Source: Francisella tularensis subsp. holarctica
GTDB taxonomy: Bacteria > Pseudomonadota > Gammaproteobacteria > Francisellales > CACEW01
NCBI GenBank assembly: GCA_945860585.1
Contig: CAMARA010000003.1
Location: forward strand, 368 to 64,367
Direction of reading: 5' to 3'
Length of the DNA stretch: 64,000 nucleotides
The translations under genes and the position numbers were made by a program. Positions 53,867 through 61,535 of this stretch are shown piece by piece. Each line of letters begins with the position of its first letter. Within the stretch, counting starts at the first letter, position 1. A model generated the notes under the pieces. The model ran no database searches and had not been told where the DNA came from. It saw nothing but the letters and a program-made list of their open reading frames with translations.

Positions 53867-54613
53867 TTATGAACGCAGTGATGGTGTGGCTTCAGCTTCA
53901 AGACTTTGCTTTTGAAGGGTCAAGAAGGGATGGCTTAAAGCAAGCAGCAGTTGCAGTTTCATTGCGATCATGCTGGAGCGCTCATTAAGGGCAGTATTAA
54001 AAACAGACTGATAAATATTTTTTGGCAATAAGGCTTGTTGTTGGGTAAACAAATCATACTGACGCTGTGCCTGAGTACGCACGCTAGTATGCTCGTGCTG
54101 CAATGTCACGATTGCTTTTGTGAGAATCGCTTTTTCCTCGGCCTGTTCGGGATGGGATGTTTCACCGATGTTTAAGTATTGTTTGTGCAATGCTTTGCCT
54201 GTTTCTACAAGGGAATCTAAGTTATTGATATGCGTTGCGACGTCATCTAACAATGCCATCATGGTTGCTAGAATATGTTTTTCTTCGACGGTCATTGCAT
54301 CTTGTTGTTGGAAATTTTTTGCTACATCGGGAGAACCTTTGCTTTCGTCTTCGGGGAGCGTAAATGTTTGCGGGGCTTGATCCTGTTTGGCAGAAATGGC
54401 CTGCTGTGCTCTTTCCCAGGAGATGAGGCGCTCCTGGTAGGTGTTAAATAGATTATCCAGCTCTGTTTGTATCGCCGTGTTGATTTTAACTTGTGCAAGC
54501 TCGCTATACAGCACTTGAATTTCAGGATCATGGGGATGGCTGCGAAGCGCTTGTTTAATTGCGTTTTTTAAAGCGTCAAGTCTTGCATTTATTTCTTCGA
54601 AATGAACTGGCAT
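53867..54613 (-). CDS. Coiled-coil hypothetical protein, abutting the F-box gene
   Basis: 248 aa, helical and Gln/Glu/Leu-rich. Its stop codon lies directly against the ATG of the F-box gene. I recognise no family. Confidence 0.5.
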   Translation of the reverse strand: MPVHFEEINARLDALKNAIKQALRSHPHDPEIQVLYSELAQVKINTAIQTELDNLFNTYQERLISWERAQQAISAKQDQAPQTFTLPEDESKGSPDVAKNFQQQDAMTVEEKHILATMMALLDDVATHINNLDSLVETGKALHKQYLNIGETSHPEQAEEKAILTKAIVTLQHEHTSVRTQAQRQYDLFTQQQALLPKNIYQSVFNTALNERSSMIAMKLQLLLALSHPFLTLQKQSLEAEATPSLRS

Positions 54614-54895
54614 AGCGAGGGCTCCTGGTTTTTGAAAATATAAAAATATTAATCATTATAGCCAATCTATTATTTCGCTGTCAAGTTGAGGTTTTTTTAA
54701 AATATTTTACATAAAAATTGATAAGTGTAAATAATGATATATATTAAGTATTTATTTTTTTATTAAGAATCTTTTTTATTCAATATCTTGCGCTGAGATT
54801 TGCAATCAAGCGTGGGATTGTCTTGCTTTTTTGCAAACAGTTGGTATTATATGCTCATATTAATTAAACAGTTTATTAAAAGATAGGGTGAGGCG

Positions 54896-55534
54896 ATGCT
54901 GGAATTGTTGATGGTAGCGGGGGTGGGGCCTGATCATCCTACTGAGAAGCGTAAAATCTTTGATGATGCGGGTGGGGTGATTGGGCGGGATCAGCGCGCG
55001 GATTGGGTCTTGTATGATCCTAGCCGGCAGATTTCCAGCCAGCATGCGCGGATTATTTTTGCGCAGGGGCGCTATTTTTTGCTGGATATCAGTGTCAATG
55101 GTATTTTGACGGCGGCAGGAGAAGCGCTGCGTAAAGGCGAGCAGCGGCCCCTGCAATTGGGCGAGGTGTATGTGATTGGGCCATATCAGTTTGAAGTGAT
55201 GCGCATCAGTCAGGGGCAGGCGCTGGAGTCCTTTAAAATGGCGGGGCTGGAGCATCTTCTGGCTGAGCCGGCGACGGAATCCGCAACTTTGACGCCGCTG
55301 GTGTATGCAGAAAAATCGCAGCAGATCGCCCCGTTTTTGCCTGAAACGAATACGCTGAAAGCCTTTGATTTTATGCCGGAGCCGCTGGATTTTTATCCGA
55401 CAGCGGGCGTTAAAAAAGGCTTGCTGGATTTGTTTCGGGAACGCTTTCAACTGCCGGTAGAAGCTTTTGCTGGCCTGTCCGAGGCGCAGTTTCAGCAGCA
55501 GATTTTAGAAGTATGGTTGGACAGTATCAAATAA
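54896..55534 (+). CDS. fha: FHA-domain protein of the T6SS (Fha/TagH N-terminal type, short)
   Basis: FDDAGGVIGRDQRADWVLYDPSRQISSQHARIIFAQGRYFLLDISVNGILT is a classic FHA core. It sits directly upstream of tssJ, as in the P. aeruginosa H1-T6SS. Confidence 0.8.
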   Translation: MLELLMVAGVGPDHPTEKRKIFDDAGGVIGRDQRADWVLYDPSRQISSQHARIIFAQGRYFLLDISVNGILTAAGEALRKGEQRPLQLGEVYVIGPYQFEVMRISQGQALESFKMAGLEHLLAEPATESATLTPLVYAEKSQQIAPFLPETNTLKAFDFMPEPLDFYPTAGVKKGLLDLFRERFQLPVEAFAGLSEAQFQQQILEVWLDSIK

Positions 55535-55541
55535 GAGGAGC

Positions 55542-56009
55542 ATGCGTATGTTTAAAAAAAGTATAGCCCTGGCAGCGGCCCTGGCTTTGGGTGGTTGTGC
55601 CAGTGTGGATACGGAGATGTCAGCATCGAGTGATATCAATCCCGATATGAATGGAAATCCTTCCCCCATCGCAGTGAGTGTGTTTGAACTATCAAGCCCC
55701 AGTGCGTTTATGGCGGCTGATTTTATCCATTTGTATACCGAAGCGCCGGTGACACTGGGAGCGAGTTTGTTGCTGGAGCGCAATCTCATGCTGGTGCCGG
55801 GTACAAGCGAGAAACTGAGTTTACCCGTGGTGAAAGGCGTGACGGCGGTGGGCTATGTGGCGGCGTATCAAGATGTGACGGCCACGCAATGGCGGCAGCT
55901 TGTGCCCGTGGCGCCGAGTATGATGCAAGGCGTGACTGTGACTGTCAGCCTCGATAATCAGGGCATCCATATTGCCAACAATCCCACATCGGCTGGGGGC
56001 AGTTTATGA
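55542..56009 (+). CDS. tssJ: T6SS outer-membrane lipoprotein TssJ
   Basis: Lipobox ALALGGC, then INPDMNGNPSPIAVSVFELSSPSAFMAADFIHLY, the TssJ/VasD signature. 155 aa. Confidence 0.85.
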   Translation: MRMFKKSIALAAALALGGCASVDTEMSASSDINPDMNGNPSPIAVSVFELSSPSAFMAADFIHLYTEAPVTLGASLLLERNLMLVPGTSEKLSLPVVKGVTAVGYVAAYQDVTATQWRQLVPVAPSMMQGVTVTVSLDNQGIHIANNPTSAGGSL

Positions 56010-57331
56010 AAAGAGTGTTGTGGAAAGAAGGCCTGTTTATGCGCCCGCAACATTTGCAGAAACAGGATTTTTATTGGATGGAGCGCACACGTGAACTCTA
56101 TCAGCAGCAGGGGCCGTATGCGTATGGAATCAGTCATTTTAAATATTTAGAGGCGGCTCTGCAGCGCGGGGAGATCCGCATTCAAAGTTTGGAAGGCGTG
56201 ATGCCGGATGGAACGGTGTTTAATCTGACGGGGCGGGAGGCGCAATTGGCCTGCGCGCTGCCGGAGCAGATTGATCATGCCTGGCTGATTTTGACGCTGC
56301 CGCTTGAGACGGTTAAAGGCGTGCGCGTGGCAGCAAGTTATAGCGCGGCGCGGGAAGAGCGTTATTTTATCAGCCGGGAACAAGTCTCGGATGAGCTGAT
56401 CGGCGAGCAGGAAATGTTGGAGTTGGAAATTCTGGAGCCCAATTTTAAACTGCGCGTGGTGCAGGATCTCAGCGAGGCAGTGGGAGAGCACGCATTGCCT
56501 TTGCTGAAGCTGATTGAACGGCGTGAAAATGGTGTTCTGATCGTGGACGAACAGTTTGTGCCGCCTTTGCTCAATCTGCGTGCGCATGCGGAGCTCAATC
56601 AAATCATCAAGGAAATTGCGACGCTCCTGAATGTGCGGCGCCAGAAGCTGCTGGAGCGGATTGGTGGGGGTGATCAATATGGTGTGGCAGGGATCAACGA
56701 ACTCCTGCTGCTGCAGCTGATCAATCGCTACGAGCCCCTCTTACAGCATTATGAAAAACAGAGCCTGCTGCATCCCGAAACCGTCTATATTTTATTTTTA
56801 AAATTGGCGGGCGAGCTGCGGACGTTTACGAGTGAGGATCGGGGTTATGCAAACGCGCCGGCCTATCAGCATCAGGATTTGGGCGCTTGTTTTGCCGTCT
56901 TGATGGCGGATTTGCGCGAGGCGTTTAATTATGTCTTTGATGAGCCTGCGATTTTAATCCCCATCAAAGCGCATCAGTATAATTTGTATCTGGCGGAATT
57001 CGGCAAGATGTATTTTGATTATCAACGCCTGGTGCTGGAAGTCACAGCAAAAATGCCCCTGGAGCAGCTGCGCCATTTGTTCCCGACCCATGTCAAATTA
57101 GGCCCGACTGAGATGATCCGCGATCTGGTGAATCTGCAGATCCCCGGTATTCCGGTGACAGCGTTGCCCGTGGCCCCACGGCAGATTCCCTATCACAGCG
57201 GTACGGTTTATTTTGAGCTCGATAATCAGGGCGAGCTGTGGGAAAAACTACGCAATTCGCCCGGTCTGGCCCTGCATTTGGGCGGTACTTTCCCCGGTGT
57301 GGAACTGCGTTTGTGGGCGATTAAAAGATGA
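56006..57331 (+). CDS. tssK: T6SS baseplate/membrane-complex connector TssK
   Basis: MKRVLWKEGLFMRPQHLQKQDFY is the hallmark TssK N-terminus. 441 aa. Confidence 0.92.
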   Translation: MKRVLWKEGLFMRPQHLQKQDFYWMERTRELYQQQGPYAYGISHFKYLEAALQRGEIRIQSLEGVMPDGTVFNLTGREAQLACALPEQIDHAWLILTLPLETVKGVRVAASYSAAREERYFISREQVSDELIGEQEMLELEILEPNFKLRVVQDLSEAVGEHALPLLKLIERRENGVLIVDEQFVPPLLNLRAHAELNQIIKEIATLLNVRRQKLLERIGGGDQYGVAGINELLLLQLINRYEPLLQHYEKQSLLHPETVYILFLKLAGELRTFTSEDRGYANAPAYQHQDLGACFAVLMADLREAFNYVFDEPAILIPIKAHQYNLYLAEFGKMYFDYQRLVLEVTAKMPLEQLRHLFPTHVKLGPTEMIRDLVNLQIPGIPVTALPVAPRQIPYHSGTVYFELDNQGELWEKLRNSPGLALHLGGTFPGVELRLWAIKR

Positions 57332-57384
57332 ATAAATTGTTAAAAGATAGAATGTTGAATAAATTGTTAAAAGATAGAATGTTG
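57331..57384. repeat. Perfect 27-bp tandem duplication immediately after the tssK stop
   Basis: aataaattgttaaaagatagaatgttg occurs at 57331-57357 and again at 57358-57384. A partial related copy (ttaaaagatgaat) overlaps the last tssK codons. Confidence 0.9.
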
Positions 57385-57397
57385 AATTTGCCCGCCG

Positions 57398-57446
57398 TGT
57401 CATCCTCGCGCACGCGGGGATGACACAGGGCGTGGCGAGGATGACT
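57398..57446. repeat. Truncated/rearranged copy of the palindromic MITE-like family in the tssK-tssL spacer
   Basis: tgtcatcctcgcgcacgcggggatgaca (a self-complementary arm remnant) followed by cagggcgtggcgaggatgac. It shares gtcatcctcgcg / gcgaggatgac with the element at 62098. Confidence 0.65.
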
Positions 57447-57490
57447 CAATCATGCTTTTTTGAAAGCAAACATTTAAGGAGAGCGAAAAA

Positions 57491-58288
57491 ATGAATGGAT
57501 CATTGGAAGCAGATGATAAAACTGTTTTTATGCCGAATATTTCCCAAGGGCAGGCGCCGGCGGTGGCGGCAGTGCGGAATGTCAGTCCGAGTTTGCAGGC
57601 TTTGCAAGTCGATTACCGTTCCGGCCTGAATCCCTTGATGGAGCATGCAACAGAGCTCTTTCTGCTGCATTATCAAATTGTGAAGGGCCATTTTCGGGAG
57701 GCGGAATCGCTGCGGGCCATGGTGCAGGATGCCTTGCTGAAATTCGAATTACGCGCACAACAGGGTGGGGTGCAAAAGACGGTCATTAAGAGTGCGAAGT
57801 ATGTTCTCTGTACCTTCATGGATGAAGCGGTGATGCAGCAGTTTGGTCATGAATCTTCCTGGGGGCAGCGGACCTTGCTGGCGCAGTTTTTTAACGAAAC
57901 TTGGGGTGGCGCGACGGTGTTTAAAATTCGCCAGTTTTGTGTTGAGAATATCCATGAATATGCAGATTTATTAGAGATGATTTATGTCTGTCTATGTCTC
58001 GGTTTTAAAGGGCAATACGGCACTTTGGCGCAGGGAGAGACACAGCTGGAAAGTCTGAAGCGTGAGAGTTATCAGGCGATCATGGGGGTGAGGGGTAGTG
58101 ACCTCAATGCGCCATTATCTCCGCATGGGCCCTCGCGCTATCAGGGCAAAACGACTTTGAAAAAAGCGACCTCCTGGCGTTGGCTGGTGGCCGTCTGCCT
58201 GGGATTTATGCTGATTTCTTATCTGAGTTTGACGGTCTTCGTCAATATAGAAAGCGGGCCGGTATATGACAAAGTAATGGCGGCATGA
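57491..58288 (+). CDS. tssL: T6SS inner-membrane protein TssL (DotU family)
   Basis: NPLMEHATELFLL, AKYVLCTFMDEAVM, WGQRTLLAQFFNETWGG, LLEMIYVCLCLGFKGQY, and a single C-terminal TM segment. It has no peptidoglycan-binding extension. Confidence 0.9.
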   Translation: MNGSLEADDKTVFMPNISQGQAPAVAAVRNVSPSLQALQVDYRSGLNPLMEHATELFLLHYQIVKGHFREAESLRAMVQDALLKFELRAQQGGVQKTVIKSAKYVLCTFMDEAVMQQFGHESSWGQRTLLAQFFNETWGGATVFKIRQFCVENIHEYADLLEMIYVCLCLGFKGQYGTLAQGETQLESLKRESYQAIMGVRGSDLNAPLSPHGPSRYQGKTTLKKATSWRWLVAVCLGFMLISYLSLTVFVNIESGPVYDKVMAA

Positions 58289-58304
58289 GGCGAGTGAGGG
58301 CAAG

Positions 58305-61300
58305 ATGAGCATGATTAAAGCAAGCAAAGCAGTATTTAAGAACAAGATCTGGTGGGGATTATTTTTCTGCCTGTTGCTGTGTGCATTTATTTGGTGGGTG
58401 GGCCCGGCGATTTCGATTTATTCCAGTAGCCCCTTGCAATCCGTGGCGCTGCGTCTGCTTCTGATTGCAAGCATGCTGCTGCTCTTGGTATTGATGCGTT
58501 ATCGTGTGGCTTGCAGTCACGCTGTGGCCAGCTTTTTTAATGTGCATGCTAAATTGGAGTGGCCCCGTTTTCATCCCGGGTATCGTCTGGAAAAACGGCA
58601 GATGCGTCGCGATTTTAAAAAGCTAAAGGCTCAGCGTTCCTACGATTTGCCTTGGTATCTGGTGATGGGAGAGCAGGGCGCGGGTAAAACCAGTCTGCTG
58701 CGCGAGGCGGAGCTGAATCTGAGTTATCAGTCCTATAATCACATCCGGCATCATACCAAAAGCTTCCAGTGGGTGTTGGCGGAGGAGGGCTTGTTTATGG
58801 ATGTGCCGGCCGCTTTGTGTTGGCAGCGCGAGGAGGCACAGCGATTTTCCTGGCTGATGTTTTTGAAATATTTGAAAAAAGCCCGCAGCCGTCGTCCGAT
58901 CAATGGCCTGATCTTAACCATTAATCTGCGGGATTGGTTGGATCAGAAGCTGGATGATTGGCTGGAGTCCATGCGCCTGCGTTTGCATGAGTTGCAGGAT
59001 AAAGTCGGCCTGTCGATTCCGGTGTATCTGGTGTTTACGCATATCGATGTGCTGCCGGGATTTGCGGAATTTGTGTTGCGTTTTAGTGAAGAAGAGCGTC
59101 ACAGTATTTTAGGCCTGACCTTTGCGGAGTCTTCTCCCGCGCTGGCGCAATTGCCGTTGGCTTATGATGCCTTGATCCGTGCCTTAAACCAACGCATGCG
59201 CCGTGATTTGGATCAAAGTGCGAGTTATTATTTCCCCATGCAGATGGCAGCGCTGCGGGAGAAATTGCTGGGTCTGGGGCAGTTTTTGTTTCATCCGCGC
59301 AAAAATTTTATGCCGACCCGTTGGCGCGGGCTGTATTTTGTCAGCAATGGCGGGCTGGGCGCTGAGCAATATGATGTGATTTTGGGGGAGGCTTGTTTAA
59401 GCAATCTCGCGTGGCCGCGTGCTTTGCGGAATCGGCGGTTTTTTAGTGAGGAGATGTTCAAGCAGGCAATTTTGCCGGAAGCAGAACTGGTGGGCGTGCA
59501 GGCGGGTTCAGAGTGGCGTTTTAGTCTGTGGCAGGCCCTGAAGTTGGGCGGGTTGCTGCTCGCCACGCTGGGCGCAGTGGGAGTCTGGACGGGTAATATG
59601 GTCCAGCATCTGAATCAAAATAATCGCCTGGAAGCCGTCACCTCTGCGACCGATCTGTCGACCCTGGCGCAATGGTATCACGCGGGTTTAAACATCTGGC
59701 CAACGGGATTGTATGTCTATCAGAATCCGCAGACAGCGCTTGCATCTTTATATCAGCAGCAATTACAGAAGCAATTTTTGCCGCAACTCATCACGACCTT
59801 GCAAACAGGACTGGCTGCTGCCACCGCCACGGCGAATAATAACAATATGAATTCGATTGAAAATGTCTACAATTGGCTGTCCTGTACCTTGATGTTGAAT
59901 CAGCTGAATCAGCTCAATCCCGGGCAGATGCAGGCGTTGCTGGATAATAAGGCCAGTCTGCAGTTTTCACAAAATCTGGCGGATCTGCTGCAGCTTGGTT
60001 TTTCACCTGTCACAACGCTGGATCAAAATATCATTCAAAAAGCGCGCGCCGCGATGTGGAATAGTCCTTTGTACATGCAGGCCTATCTGCGCTTGAAGCT
60101 GGAGGCCGCCTCCCAAAACCAGCAAAACTTTCAATTGGCCGGCGCGATGAGTGCAGATAGTGCTGAAGTATTCAGTAATTTAAATGCCGTGTCCGTCCCT
60201 TATTTATTTAGCAAAGCAGGCTATGCGCAGTTTTATGCCGCACAGGCCAATCAGAGCTTGACGACGGTGGCGGATCAGTCCTGGGTGTTGGGGGATCAAT
60301 ATCATGCGCAAAACCCACCGCCCGATTTAGCTGCGGCGCGCGCACAGATGGATAATTTATATTGGACGGATTATATGAATGCCTGGGACAGTGCCCTCGC
60401 GCAGTTGAATATGGCGCAGTTCACCAGTCTGCAGCAGGAAATTGATTTGCTCACCACTTTGACAGAAAAAGATTCGCCCTTGATCAGCGTGGTCATGGTC
60501 GTGACGGATAATAGTAGCGCTGGCTTGATCAATAATAATTTGGTGGCGACGCATTATCTGCCGCTGACAGCCTTGCTCACGCAGAGTCAAGGCGCGGGGA
60601 TGCAAGGGGTGCTGGCCAGTTTGACGGCCTTGCAGCAGTATTTAAATAGCCTGGCCAATTCGAGTAATCCGCAGTTGTCAGCGTATACCGCGGCGACGCA
60701 GATTTTTGCCGGGCAGGCGGATCATTCCCTGACGGCGATTACCAGCGAAGCGCAGACCCTGCCGATGCCGCTCTCACGTTGGCTGAATCAGATTGTCGCC
60801 AATACCTATGCGATTATTTTTGCCACGGCCAATCAATATCTGGCGGATCAGTGGCAGGCGGGAGTGGTCTCTTATTATCAGCAAACTTTGGATGGGCGCT
60901 TTCCTTTTGCGGATTCTGAGAATGAAGTAACGCTGCAGGATTTTAGCAATTATTTTAAACCCGGCGGTGTGGAAGATAGTTTTGTCAAAAAATACCTGAG
61001 CCCCTTTTTGACCTATGATAGTTTTGGTCAGGCGCAGTGGGCGAGTGTGGATAATCTGCCCTTTAGTGCCGATGCCGCTATCCCGCGGGAAATCACGGCA
61101 GCGACGGTGATCCGCAATACTTTTTTTGGCGGCAATAATGGGGCGCTTAATTTTACGATTACGCCCGCGGCCATTGATAATGCGCATCGTGCGGTGCTGA
61201 ATTATGATGGCAAAGCAGTCGTGTTTGATGGCGATAGCGATCCTGGCATCAATATGGTCTGGCCGCCGCAAAATACCGATGGTTCGATCAACATCAGCTT

Positions 61301-61526
61301 TGATCGCCTGTTGATGCCGGATGAGGTCAAGAATTTTATGGGGCCCTGGGCGTTGTTCCATTTGCTGCAGGCCTCAACTTTAGTGCGTTCCAAATATAGC
61401 AGTCAGTATCAGGTGGAGATATCGCAAGATGGCATGGCGATTCATTTTAGTTTAAGTGCCAATAGTGTGAACAATCCCTTTGATTTGCGCCTGCTGCGTG
61501 ATTATACCCTACCCCGTAACTTTTAG
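58305..61526 (+). CDS. tssM: T6SS inner-membrane protein TssM (IcmF family) with an intact Walker A
   Basis: 1073 aa with an N-terminal TM hairpin and PWYLVMGEQGAGKTSLL (Walker A at 58668-58694). INGLILTINL, a third TM segment, and a long periplasmic ImcF-related and IcmF C-terminal region follow. Confidence 0.93.
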   Translation: MSMIKASKAVFKNKIWWGLFFCLLLCAFIWWVGPAISIYSSSPLQSVALRLLLIASMLLLLVLMRYRVACSHAVASFFNVHAKLEWPRFHPGYRLEKRQMRRDFKKLKAQRSYDLPWYLVMGEQGAGKTSLLREAELNLSYQSYNHIRHHTKSFQWVLAEEGLFMDVPAALCWQREEAQRFSWLMFLKYLKKARSRRPINGLILTINLRDWLDQKLDDWLESMRLRLHELQDKVGLSIPVYLVFTHIDVLPGFAEFVLRFSEEERHSILGLTFAESSPALAQLPLAYDALIRALNQRMRRDLDQSASYYFPMQMAALREKLLGLGQFLFHPRKNFMPTRWRGLYFVSNGGLGAEQYDVILGEACLSNLAWPRALRNRRFFSEEMFKQAILPEAELVGVQAGSEWRFSLWQALKLGGLLLATLGAVGVWTGNMVQHLNQNNRLEAVTSATDLSTLAQWYHAGLNIWPTGLYVYQNPQTALASLYQQQLQKQFLPQLITTLQTGLAAATATANNNNMNSIENVYNWLSCTLMLNQLNQLNPGQMQALLDNKASLQFSQNLADLLQLGFSPVTTLDQNIIQKARAAMWNSPLYMQAYLRLKLEAASQNQQNFQLAGAMSADSAEVFSNLNAVSVPYLFSKAGYAQFYAAQANQSLTTVADQSWVLGDQYHAQNPPPDLAAARAQMDNLYWTDYMNAWDSALAQLNMAQFTSLQQEIDLLTTLTEKDSPLISVVMVVTDNSSAGLINNNLVATHYLPLTALLTQSQGAGMQGVLASLTALQQYLNSLANSSNPQLSAYTAATQIFAGQADHSLTAITSEAQTLPMPLSRWLNQIVANTYAIIFATANQYLADQWQAGVVSYYQQTLDGRFPFADSENEVTLQDFSNYFKPGGVEDSFVKKYLSPFLTYDSFGQAQWASVDNLPFSADAAIPREITAATVIRNTFFGGNNGALNFTITPAAIDNAHRAVLNYDGKAVVFDGDSDPGINMVWPPQNTDGSINISFDRLLMPDEVKNFMGPWALFHLLQASTLVRSKYSSQYQVEISQDGMAIHFSLSANSVNNPFDLRLLRDYTLPRNF

Positions 61527-61535
61527 GAGAACCTT

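Noticed and set aside
54820-54855. Sigma54 (-24/-12) promoter upstream of the T6SS fha gene (TGGtattatatGC)
   Set aside because: The GG to GC spacing is 9 nt rather than the 11 nt of the TGGCAC-N5-TTGC consensus. The sequence fits an extended -10 sigma70 element (TGgTATTAT at 54842-54850) better, but even that is only a weak call, so it is not listed as a feature.
54860-55450. 196-aa antisense ORF opposite the FHA gene. Similar long antisense ORFs exist in tssK (56147-56677), tssM (60774-61361), AsmA (48151-48621) and the TssM paralog (62853-63251).
   Set aside because: They are Arg/Gln/His-rich shadow ORFs on the strand opposite clearly recognisable conserved genes. They are an expected artefact in GC-richer coding DNA.
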